A stretch of DNA of 64,000 nucleotides, from assembly GCA_017499595.2 (NCBI GenBank), contig CM038998.1, positions 62,001 to 126,000 of the forward strand, given 5' to 3'. The translations under genes and the position numbers were made by a program. This document shows, in pieces, positions 26,070 through 37,753 of this stretch (position 1 is its first letter; each line of letters starts with the position of its first letter). This DNA is from Psilocybe cubensis. Taxonomy: Eukaryota. The notes beneath the pieces were generated by a model. That model was not told where the DNA came from and did not search any database. It was given only the letters and a program-made list of their open reading frames with translations.

Positions 26070-27600
26070 AAATGAATTTTTCAAAAGTTCAATCGAGCAA
26101 CGCTCTGCTTGAGGAGAAGTGTTTGAAGCCACATACAAAACTCCCATCATTGCTTCCGCCGTGTCCACAACACGGACAAACACGCCCACGGTACTTTTTC
26201 ATTTCTCTCTTCCACCACCATCCTACGACGACGACAACGACTCGAAGCACGGATAGATGCAGCCGACAGTCGATGAGGAAGAGGAGGAGAGTGCGACAAG
26301 GTTGCATGTTGGGTTAGCTAGACCCGTTCGTCATCTCGACTGGCACATCACCCCCACTCGAACGCGGCCTCCCAGGCGAGTATGAATACATCCATCTTCT
26401 TCCTTTCATCACGACCTCCATTAACAATAAATTCGTTGACAGATGGGATGTCCCCATGCATCAGCTCTCGCTGCGTTCCGTGCGCGTTATCGCACTAACT
26501 GAAGGGCCTAAAATCATCGTCTACTCAAGCGTTACGCGCTGCGCACCAAGATGATTAATGGCGTGTTGGTCAACAAGGTCATTACCCACCCGCACATACC
26601 GTGGAACATCATCAGTATGACAAGATGAACGAATAAACCAATGAACTTGGATCTTACCAATGAGGAAGGGTGGGAGCGCGCGGACATTGGAGAGGATCAG
26701 GTTTGGAGGTTATGGCTTCTGGTTCGTTTTTTTTTTTTTTCTTTTTATTCCGTTCCTTTTTTCTCGCTCTCTCGCTGAACCATTTATTTTTTCATCCAGA
26801 CTTGTTGCAGTATGTGCCGTTAAAAAACAAAATTACCATCTTGCTCCTCATGCGCAAGTCGAATAGCAACAAAACTCAACCCATTGTGCTGATCGTCAGC
26901 GCTTGTATTGTCAACCTCATCGAAGGCATCGGGGAGAGTGGCGTCGGAGATGGGTGCAGAATGTTCAATAGCTATGCGATCGACGATGAGTATGTTTCTT
27001 TTTTTTCTATTTCACGAATCAGTTGTCATTTACGCCCCCTTCTAGGTACGTCAACCGACTTCCATCGAATGCACTTCTTCGAAATTCTGCACCATCCTTT
27101 CGCGCATATCGTCCAAAAACATCCTGAACGAAACCGACAGGAACATCGCATGCCTGGTGGCGGCACAAGCAAAATGTCTGTCACCACCACCAAGCTTCAC
27201 AAGCGCGCGAAGAGTGTGAGCGAGACTGGGAAGGGTCATAGCTCGACGGCGTTCCATAGGGTTGCAGAGGTGCTCGAGGTTATCCCATGTGTGTTGATGT
27301 AGAATACGGTTGGGAATATCGTCAGAGCGAAGGTGCGTCGGCGTTGTTTTTTTTTTCTCCCCTTTTTCCGTTGCACTGGATAAAACTTACAGGTTCGATA
27401 GGTAAAACACGCCACAGCAAAAATTATGGCTTGAAACGGTATGGATACACCAATGCCCCAGTATTGAAACTGAAGTTCGTTCCTTTAATTTCCCTTCTTC
27501 GCGTCTTACTATAGTTACCAAAGTGCATGCTCACCTCAGATATGATTGCGCAAAACTGAAGATGCGGGACTTGGTCGAGAAAGACGATCATGAGCGTGGG
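26070..27600 (+). pseudogene. CCT3: Decayed, internally deleted chaperonin CCT-gamma (TCP1-gamma) copy with introns
   Basis: Colinear pieces: INGVLVNKVITHP, MNLDLTNEEGWERADIGEDQV, IVNLIEGIGESGVGDGCRMF...IDDE, CTILSRISSKNILNETDRNIA, PGGG...AEVLEVIP. These resemble CCT3. The core at 26440-27335 is clearest and the outer limits are approximate. Confidence 0.78.
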
Positions 27601-28776
27601 TTGATGGGGTTGGCAGCACGAGGGTACCCGTTAGAATGGGGATGGGATGGGATGATGAGTGTGCGAAAGGGGTTTTCGAGACCTCTGCTGTTCTTGGAGT
27701 TGGTACTCTTCTGCAAATTTACCGTTCAGCTCCTTTGCGCCTGTCTCTGACTGTAATTTCAAAACCTCTACTAGCACAACCTCCGTCTCTGCAATGTTCT
27801 CCCCATTTCTGGCATTGTCAGTTATATTTCCTTCCGAATCCTCGCACTTGCATCCGGCCTCATTATCGTTGTCGTGGTTTGTGCGGAGTTTACGTACTTC
27901 ACGACCTAGCTTCCACCCGACTCTACACTATTCACCGCCCGCTGCCCCCATTCCTTGTCTGATATGTGCATAATCATCTTGACCAGCATCTCACTCGAAT
28001 GCGCCTCCCAGACGAATATGAGTATGTACACAACGTTACTCCTCCGGTCTTCCACCTCTGCACCTTTGACGCCCGTGCACCAACCACAACTGATCCCGGC
28101 GCGAGCACATTCCAAGTCATATTAATACTTTCGTAAGTCATGACCTCTGAGTCTTGATTGCCATCAGGTTGATTCAGCGATCGTCTACTCTTCGATAGAT
28201 CTAGTGGTACGTATCGGCCTAGGCATGGTCATGGGAATGTTCAAATGGATTGGAACCCTTTTTCCGAGGTTTTTTAATCAGGCCTCTTTCCACAGTTTCG
28301 TTTAGTGGCGTGTGTGTACAAACTTGAATAAATAGTATGGCGAGATATGGTGGAGCGAACCAGACGATGGAACAACGTATGTGTCCGAGATTCATTAATC
28401 GTTCAATATCGATTCCCAGAAGAGGAAGGCCAAGCTTAGGGGAATGCTATCTCCAGTTATAAATAGTTACTGAGCTAAAAGCAGCCTGCCTGAACCGCAT
28501 TTTGAATAACGCCGGAGACAAATATGTGAAGGGTTTGTTTGATGGGTTATCGTGGGTGCACTATTTGTGGTATGTGTGGAGAGTTGAGAATTCAGCCTCA
28601 TGAGCAAAAATACGCTGCTGCCCTGGTGTGTGTGGGGTTTTCTGCTCTCACATTGTACACCGCCAAGATTATTATCGGGTTCATTTAACGTATTTGTGCA
28701 CTGATGTATCTAGGCTATGGTGTTGTTTATATTTACATACCAGCCATGTCGGTGGGTTATTGCTTTGCTTGAGAGG

Positions 28777-28783
28777 TATATAA
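28777..28783 (+). promoter_or_regulatory. TATA box of lectin A; equivalents at 30604, 33325 and 36183
   Basis: TATATAA lies 76-117 bp upstream of each of the four start codons. Confidence 0.75.
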
Positions 28784-28893
28784 GGAACATGAAGTGCCCG
28801 TTAGAAATGATCAGCCAACATCTGCTGAACTTCTCAACCTCCTTTGAACCTCCAACGTTTCAACGGTAGCTTCTCCCTTGCTCAAATAGTACA

Positions 28894-29690
28894 ATGTCAG
28901 CACCTCCATACCTCAACCCAGGAAACTATGTCATCTTTGCAGAGAACACAACGGCTACAACCACCACCTCACCTCTGCAAAACGGACGATCCAACTTTGC
29001 AGTCACTTGCCCACTGGCTGCTGGAGCAAATTTGACAATCACGCCGCTCACGTCCGCGGCTAATGCGACACCTGCTCAGATTGTAAGTCATTAGCTTACT
29101 TGTTCAAAATCCTCTGCCTGGTAATAACATTGTCGCCGTTATTTTTCCGAATAGTGGCTTGTTACGGGGGATGGTATGATTTTGTCAAAGACTACGGCTA
29201 CGGGCCAGTTGGCCCAGTCCCCGATCTTTTATGCGAGCTACACCAACAACGTTCCCAACATCGTCACGAGCAGCGGGTCTACTAACCCTGCCCCCAGCAC
29301 CAAGTTTGTGTTCAATGTCTCGCAGTGAGTAGATAGTTTGATATGTGCAACATGATGAAGGGACATGCATTGATTTTTTTCTCTCTCTTTCACGATTAGG
29401 GTAGCTAAGACTGACCAGGGAGACGCGCTTTCATACCTTGCTACGGTTATGACTGCTGATAATGCCGACCAATTCTGGACCATCGATTCGGTGGTATGTA
29501 ATTTCTTTGCTTTGCGGTGTGGTAAAGAATAGAGAATGCTCATCGCAGTTTTATGGCGGATTTTAGCGAACCGATAGTGTTGTACGTCAATTTCAACGAT
29601 GATGGGGTTTGTGAGACTGATTTGGTGTTCTTTTAGGTCAAAGCAAATCTCAAGAGTACCTCGAAGAGGTTTGTCTTTGTTCCTGTTTGA
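28894..29690 (+). CDS. Cytoplasmic beta-trefoil, CCL2-like lectin paralog A (~173 aa, 5 exons)
   Basis: Exons 28894-29082, 29155-29324, 29400-29493, 29567-29581 and 29637-29690 splice into an open frame: MSAPPYLNPGNYVIF...GRSNFAVTCP...QIWLVTGDG...DQFWTID...RFVFVPV*. The motif layout recalls Coprinopsis CCL2 (L.AGNYII, A.T.P, Q.W, terminal W/F-V). No signal peptide. Confidence 0.8.
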
Positions 29691-30679
29691 TTAGTATAAG
29701 CTATAGCTAGGTAGGGATGACCTAGAATGTGGTCAGGGGGCAGTTAAGCACAGTATGAATAAGTATCAAGATATTGAATTGTTTGTAACCCCTTGTAAAC
29801 AGAGATTGTGTACTTTGAATACTCATTATTGAAAATCAACAATGATTTTGGTCGAATGAGGGGGATCTGTATCATTCTCTTATATCCGTAGTTTCTAAGA
29901 CAAGCTTCATCTTTCTTCGATCACCTGCAAAATCAAACGAATAGGTTGGGCTCTGGTCAAATACCGGCATTTGCCGGAGATCACTGCACTTGGTTTGAAT
30001 GTGAAAGAGGTGGACATAGTCCAGAGTGCACGTCCAAGTCAATGGAAGTCGTTATACATCTTCTGGAAGTATTAATAGACTTCTAGGCGACGTTTCTGAA
30101 GGCTAGACATGAATATTGCAACAAATATCGTGCTGTCCAACAACAAGAACAACACTGCTTTCTACGCTTATGAAGCTTAGATTTGGCATAGCGGCTGTAT
30201 TGGATAATCTTGACATGTAGAAATTATCATCTTGGGTATAATAACATTCTGTATGGGAATCGTTTCCATGTCTATTCTTTCATTCACAAAAAGTGTCGTT
30301 TGTGCTCTGTTGCAAGTGTTGAACTTTCCAAACAAAACTGCCTTATCGCCACAACGAATTACGCCAGAAGGAGCACTATTTATTTAGACAATAGTAGCAT
30401 TACAAAAGCATCATTTTTTATTGTACATGATTCAGAGCTTTCTCCCTAACAAGTTACTCTGTTCAAGGAAATAGCTTGACTATATACTAGCGACAGGATT
30501 CCGACAAGTAACCCTGCCATATCGAGATTTGGTCTGTGATGTGATTCGTCGTTGCAGAACGATATTGTTTGTTAAAACAATAAGTGTTTTTTTATACTCA
30601 GAGTATATAAGGCCCCATAGAATACTCAATAACCTCACAACCTACAACTTGAATCCTTCTCTTAGTGCGCCTCAATACA

Positions 30680-32240
30680 ATGTCGGGACCAACTAGTCTT
30701 GTTCCAGGAAATTATGTAATCTTCGTAGAGGATCCCTCTGACACGGATTCAACGACCATTGGACGATCTAATTTTGCAGTAACGTGCCCGCTGTCAAACG
30801 GAGGCGCCTTTAGCATCACAACACTTATGACACCCACAAGCGCAAACCCCATGCAGATTGTATGTGTTGCTCGGAGTAAAACCCGAAAACGACTCACGTT
30901 GGACATTATAATAGTTCCTGATCACTGGAGATGGAATGATGCTCTCAAAGACGTCCAGCAATGGCTCTTTTGCTCAAACTCCTACCTTCTATGCAAGTTT
31001 CACCAACAACTCTCAGAGTATCGTGACAAGGAGCGCCCCGGCGCCGGCAGGGTCGGACACTAAATTTGTGATCCAAATTACTAGGTGTGAATCCATTGTA
31101 CTCGATTCCACAGGAATAAAATCATGATCGTACCTATCTTCTTACAGGTCCGGCCCTTCAAGTCGTGGAGACGATATATGCTACCTTGCGAGTGTGATGA
31201 CAGCCGACCTTACCGACCAATTCTGGACAGTCGATGATTTGGTATAGTATTTCACATATTGTTATGTCTATGGATACAACGAGCTTATAGAAACCTTTGT
31301 CAGCAAAATAATGACCACGTAATTCATATTGCAGTTAATCTGAGTTGAAGCTAACGGAAGTATTTTGCAGGTGAAAGCAGATACAATAAAGAGTGCAAAA
31401 AATTGGGTCTTCATCCCCTCTCCGCCGAATCCTGGGCCCCAAATCAAGGTCTTATCTACAGGGATTATGAATCTCATTGCGGGAAACTACGTCATCTTTG
31501 CAGAGGACCCTTCCGGAACAAACGCAGCATCCAATGGTCGATCCAACTTCGCCGTGACTTGCCCGTTGTCCAGTGGGGGAGACATCTCTATCACTACACT
31601 TTTGGCGGCTTCTAACCCGAGCCCCACACAGGTCGTAAGTCAGATGCGGTCCCCAGTGATCTCCGATTCTGAAAAGACACGTACTTTTTCAATTTTACTC
31701 GTAGTGGCTTGTCACAGGCGACGGTATGATACTGTCTAGGACCTCATCGACTGGCTCGTTAGCTCAGACGCCAACATACTACGCCAGCTTCACCGGCAAT
31801 TCACAAAACATCGTCACAACTCTAGCCCCTGCTACACCTGCGCCAGACACTAAGTTTGTGATCCAAATTATGCAGTGAGTGGAAAGACGAGTCTGAAGTG
31901 ATAGCGCCATGATAGAGCTAACAGTAGTTTGCTGATGCTCATAATATAGGGTTGCAGGATCTGATCACGGTGACACCCTCACTTACCTCGGGACGGTTAT
32001 GACAGCCGATCTCACTGACCAATTTTGGACCGTCGACGACTTGGTATTGTTCTATCTTTCCTTCAATATGCATGAATCTTGGAAGCTGATGGCATATATC
32101 ATGAACTGCAGAAAAACAATGATGCTGTACGTTGCAATGTATTAGCATCGGTAAAAGTGGATAGAAACTCATCCTTTACTTCTCAGGTTAAAGCAGACAC
32201 CAGTAAGAGCGCCAAGAAATGGGTATTTGTACCCATTTAG
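30680..32240 (+). CDS. Tandem two-domain beta-trefoil, CCL2-like lectin (paralog B/C fusion, 9 exons)
   Basis: Exons 30680-30859, 30915-31084, 31148-31241, 31304-31318, 31371-31634, 31705-31874, 31950-32043, 32112-32126 and 32187-32240. Exon 31371-31634 reads KNWVFIPSPPNPGPQIKVLSTGIMNLIAGNYVIF with no stop. Confidence 0.8.
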
Positions 32241-33401
32241 TGGGATAAAGGACTGCATGCAGTGTGACATTGCAAAACGGAGATAGGGAAAATACCTGCG
32301 TGTGCATGACCGTCTTGGACATATTTATTGGCTATGGTCGTTTTTATCCGTGATATCAAATGCGGGAAGATGTTTTTATCTCATTGATATGAATTACGAA
32401 GTATCCCTACTTGATGTCATTATGAGGTTGCTTTTGAGATTTTTGTAGCGCAGAGCGTCAATGGTGTATCTTTTTCAAGATATGAATGGAACGCAGTCTA
32501 GATCTTTTGTCGGTCAATTTCGGACTTCATCAAACCATCTTCCTCCGATGTTTGCCGCAGTACGCCGTTTAATGGATTCGGAAATAACCGGGTGGCCTGT
32601 CAGTATGCGTCGCTCATGTGCGACTTTTACTCTTTACAACGTCCTTCATTTGTGAGTGAAGATTTTCTGGCGTTCATGTAATAACTTATCAATCTACTGA
32701 AATGTTAACTCAAGTCTAAACTTTATAGATGAGCAATCACCTGTGGAAAGTTGTTTCTGTCGCTGTGTATTTTACCAGCAAAATCGAAGACTTCATTCAG
32801 CCGTAATTATGGTCAAGTTCTGGGATCCAGGAGAAAGCAACAACCCCAAATTCGAAAATTTGGTATGTAGCAATATGTCATACTATGATTGTTCTTCAAT
32901 GTACTACCAAATAAGTGATGCGAATGGAAGTCAGGTAAATTCTTGAAAGTTCTTGCCCCATGGAGGGCTGGCACTATAGCTGATGTTCAAGTCGCTCACT
33001 CTAGTACCTTTATTCTATAGATTGATAAACCGCATCTAACCTGATAAAAATAGATGATGCCGCTCCATGTGTGATTACACCAGCTTCCGGATTAGAGCAC
33101 GGTTGAAGTGCGGAAGCGGCCCTTGGTTTATTATACTTAAGGAGCCGAGGCATGGGAATTACAAGAATCCACCGCAGTTGACAAACTCCGGAGACAAATA
33201 CTGATGTGTTTTGACGTGGTGGGTTGATTTCGTTCTCACACCAAGATCTCCTCATTGATCTGGTCTGCCGCTACAAATGAATACATGCTTCTCTAGAGCA
33301 AAGAGGATGGGGCCTTGTGCATGATATATAAGGACGATGTAGATTTCGAATAAACACACAACCAGCATCGTCCAATACCTCACTTTTCGCACTTCAATAC
33401 A

Positions 33402-34147
33402 ATGTCTGCACCCGTCAGTCTCGTTCCAGGAAACTACGTGATCTTCGCAGAGGATCCCTCTGGCACGACCTCGAGCGTCGTAGGACGATCCAACTTTGCA
33501 GTAACATCCCCACTGTCGTCTGGAGCCTCCTTTACTCTTACCTCTCTTACGGCTGCCTCCAGTGCAGGCCCGACGCAACTTGTATGTCGTGCCTATTGTA
33601 GAAATGGAGTAGATGCTCATAATAGATCTTTAGGTCCTGGTAACTGGAGAAGGAATGATCTTATCGCAGGCCAACGGAAGCGGGCAACTCGGTCAATCCC
33701 CGACATTCTACGCTAGCTTCAGCAACAACTCTCAAAACATTGTCACGACCAATGCGCCTGCCTCTCCATCTCCCAGCACTAAATTCGTGATTCATGTTAA
33801 TCAGTGAGTAGCGTGTTTATGTTTGGTATACTATCTGGTGCAGTAATAACATACCTTGTGTCTTGCAGGACCGGCCCCTCGAACCACAGTGATGCTCTCT
33901 GCTATCTTACAACTATCATGACGGCCGATCTCAGCGACCAATATTGGACTGTTGATGCTTTGGTAGGACCCTTCAATTTCTCATTAAATGAAAGGATCTG
34001 ATTGGTATTTCCTTGTATCCTAGAGAGCCAATAATAATGTACGTCAAGTTGAGGCATATTTAGTTTATTGAAAACTAACAAGGTCAATTCAAGGTCGAAG
34101 CAGGAACCAAGCGAAGCGCCACTAACTGGGTCTTTGTCCCAGTTTAA
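33402..34147 (+). CDS. Beta-trefoil, CCL2-like lectin paralog D (~170 aa, 5 exons)
   Basis: Exons 33402-33581, 33634-33803, 33869-33962, 34024-34038 and 34094-34147. The last acceptor is AAG. Ends NWVFVPV*. Confidence 0.8.
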
Positions 34148-36292
34148 GGGGATGAATAACTATTGCTTACTTGTAAAGCAACCAGTGTTTGAATCTTATC
34201 TACGATGATAATGTACTTTGAATTTGAATGAATGTTGTACACGTGAATTTGTGAAATGATGCATCGATCCTACCTTTCATTTAATCGCCTCTCTACACGA
34301 GATTCAAGGGAAGCATGTCCTCGTCAAAATACAAATGATATAATGGAAAAAATGTAGAGACTAAGCTGTTCCTTATCTGCCTGAATCTCCCTTGACGAAT
34401 TTATCATTTGTCCCTTTACGCCCAGTTCCCAGGAGAGGTAAAAATTATTACAATGCATTTAAGCGTGTCTCCTTATCCGTTTATAGCTATAAACCTCGCA
34501 GAGTGCAACGAGTGCACAACGCATTGTAAGTCATTGTCAAACCTACCTCAATGTCCTTCCTCGGACAGATGCAGCAAAACTAGTTTTTACATTCAAAATA
34601 TACAACTCGCAGGATTTCAGACATGTAATGAAATATCAAAAGAGTGAAGAGGCTTCCTCACCCATTATTGTCGCTCGTGGGTGTGTGAAAGGCGGAACGG
34701 ACCTATCAACACATAAAATAAGCCGCTCATTGAGAAGAAATGGAAACGATAATGATGTCAGGGTCATAATTTCCCCATATCCTTTCCCCGTCTCGTAAGA
34801 TTCCAATTTACTCATCTCACTAATTAAAGAGCCAAGCATTTTGAAGGTTTGATAAGATCTCGAACTTTCATAGGAGATAACATGAAATGACGAACGCAAT
34901 GTAGTAAAGAAGAAGTTTAGCGATAAACTAAATACGCTATGCAGAATCTCACCGCTCTCTCCTGAGAGAATGGAGGTTGTGTGAGTTCTTCAATGAAACA
35001 CCTGTTGAAATTGGAATTCATCCAAGCTTCGATGATCAGCTATCCGTGCTGTGCAATTATCTCCTCTATCTCGCACCGCAGAACTGGGCGACCCTTCACG
35101 CCGATGGAGCTGATAGAATCATCATCGTCCAAGCTGTATTATTTGGACAAGGAGAAAGATAATCCCGGCCCCACCACCCTGCTGATTCTCGAACTGTCCT
35201 TGATCGTAGCGCAGCCTTTGTCAGGTTAATTACCTACGAGATTCCGTATAGTTCCTTCCATGCATTCTCAATGGAATATAATGTTCACATCTTTCATCTA
35301 GGACAATGGAGCTGACGGGAGAAAACACGGAACAAAGTATCTCAATACATACCTGCAACAACATACATTAATGATTAATCGAAACCACACCGCCGTGCAT
35401 GTTCTCTCCGACTCGTGGGAGATGATTAACACGCCAAGAATAAACGACTGTGTGTTTGTGTAAATATAGTCTGTTTGGCTATTTGTCTCCGGTGCTTTCA
35501 AGCAGCGGTAGGCGTTGTGTGTTGTGGATACCAGTTTTCATTTGATAAGCGGGTGATTAGCGTACAGAGTTGGGGGATTGATATATGGAATGCTAGGAAT
35601 GACTATTGCAGGCTACGGTACCGAGGCAGACTTCGAAATCTCGAATTTGATGTGTATGTAAAGGTTTTTCAATTTTTTATGCTATGTTTCTCGACGATAA
35701 AATGAAGCTTTCAGAAAATATTATAAAGAAGTGTACGGTGGAGTAGAACCAAAACATGGAGAATCGCATGCGTACCTGATCCAAGTCTAGTTCGCCAATT
35801 CCCAGAAGCGGAATTCGAGGGCGAGCCGTCTGGTTATAAATAGTCACAGCTAAATGAGGCAGCTAAAATCAGCCTCTCCTCCGCATCTTCAAAATCGCCG
35901 GAGCCAAATATGTATGTATTGATCACAATGTATGTATTGAAAGCAAAAGCGTCTGATGAGATGCTGTGGTTGCAATGTTTGTTGTTTGTGGATTTGAAGG
36001 TGTTCAGTAAGATTTTGGGTGTCGGCACTCTGAGTCGGGTGTGTTTGCATCTTATCTCACATCTCACATGGTGCACCGCCCAGAAGATTTCGTTGTAATT
36101 GTGCTCGTGCGCCGAAGTACTCATCTAGATTATGGTACTGCTTACATACCAGAGATATCGAAAAAGTGACCTGCTTCAGAGGTATATAAAGCCTACAAAA
36201 TTATCCCCAAAATTCACCAACCAGCTAACCAGCTAACCAGCTAACCACCTGAACACCTCTTCTACACACTCAACTTTCAACCTTCAAACACA

Positions 36293-37096
36293 ATGTCAGG
36301 ACCCACCGCTCTCGTCCCCGGAAACTACGTTATCTTTTCTGAGAACCCCTCTGGCACATCCACCACTGCGCCTGGAACCAATGGACGATCCAACTTTGCA
36401 GTCACCTGCCCCCTCTCCGCTGGAGGAAATTTCACCATTACGTCGCTTTCGTCGGCAGCCAGTGCGCAGCCTACCCAAATCGTAAGTCACCAGTGTAACT
36501 TTTGTAAACGTTTCGCAGTGATAACTTTGTTTTGCTTTTTTGGGGGGAATAGTGGCTTGTTACTGGGGACGGTATGATCTTGGCCAAAACCTCCGCTTCG
36601 GGCCAGTTGGCGCAGTCTCCCACGTTCTACGCGAACTACACCAACAACTCGGCCAACATCGTCACGATCAGCGCGCCAGCTACACCTGCACCCAACACCA
36701 AATTTGTGTTCCATGTTTCGCAGTGAGTAGACCTTCCGGATGTGTGCATTATGATGATGATGATGCAGGAATTGACTTTCTTTTGGTTCCTCTTTTCCGA
36801 TTAGGGTAGCAAAGACTGACCAAGGAGACGCGCTTTCCTACCTCGCCACCGTCATGACCGCCGACCTCACGGACAGCTTCTGGACCGTCGACTCTGTGGT
36901 ACGTCATTTTCCGGTTTGATTCGCGTTTAAAGATACAGAGAGCTGATGATCATGATGGTGTATACAGCAAAACAACACCATCGTACGTCGATTTCCACCA
37001 AGTGTGGTTTGCTTGTGAGACTGATTTGGTGTCGTTTTCTAGGTTAAAGCGAACGTTAAGAGCAGCGCAAAGAACTTTGTCTTTGTTCCTGTTTAA
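36293..37096 (+). CDS. Beta-trefoil, CCL2-like lectin paralog E (~173 aa, 5 exons), closest to paralog A
   Basis: Exons 36293-36481, 36553-36722, 36805-36898, 36968-36982 and 37043-37096. Shares VAKTDQGDALSYLATVMTAD with paralog A. Confidence 0.8.
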
Positions 37097-37410
37097 ACAC
37101 ATAGCATAAGCAATGCTCACTAGCCGGGACGTAGCCCTGGGAGCTTGCGCGCGGGTGGATGTGTATGAAGATGTTGAATGTTTTTGTAATCGCTTGTAAA
37201 TGGAGATTGTGTATCTTGGATATATTCATTGCGAAAAAAATCAACTTTTTGAATACTGATATTGATTGTATGAGGGAGTCTGCATCTTTACCTGATATCC
37301 GGAGTTCGAAGGAGATGGCAAAGGTGAAGAATAGGTTCGTGGCACAATGGATAGAATGTGAGGAGATGTAAGCAAGGTATGAGTAAAAGTGCTTGACTAG
37401 CCGAATATAA

Positions 37411-37509
37411 GGCGCTATAGCTAAGTGGTTAAAGCGACAGATTAGAATTGTAACAAGTTCTACAATCTGTTCCTCTTTGAGGGCGCAGGTTCAAATCCTG
37501 CTGGCGTCG
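37411..37509 (+). tRNA. tRNA-Ser: tRNA-Ser(AGA) with a 17-nt intron (37448-37464)
   Basis: Acceptor stem GGCGCTA/TGGCGTC, D-arm TAGCTAAGTGGTTAAAGC, anticodon stem ACAGA/TCTGT with AGA at 37444-37446, long variable arm CCTCTTTGAGG, T-arm GCAGGTTCAAATCCTGC, and a downstream T-run terminator. Confidence 0.95.
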
Positions 37510-37753
37510 TAGCTTTTTGCCTTTTATCCTACTCGGAGTTGTTTGTGCACATTGATTGTCAATGTTTCATTTATTTTTCTGATACTTTCCAAGCTCTGAA
37601 AGTCTGTGCAGACAAGGAGATAAGCAGTGGGTGCCCGTGGGAGAGGCAGATGGTTGACGCAACGGTGGGATCAATTTGTCGCGTACTGTCACCTGGTGAC
37701 AAAGCGTGACATTCTTCCTTCCTTGGTCCCCAACCACAACACTTTTGTGCACC

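Noticed and set aside
31467-32240. Treating the third lectin domain as a separate gene starting at ATG 31467
   Set aside because: No stop, UTR or TATA box separates it from the upstream domain, and the frame is continuous.
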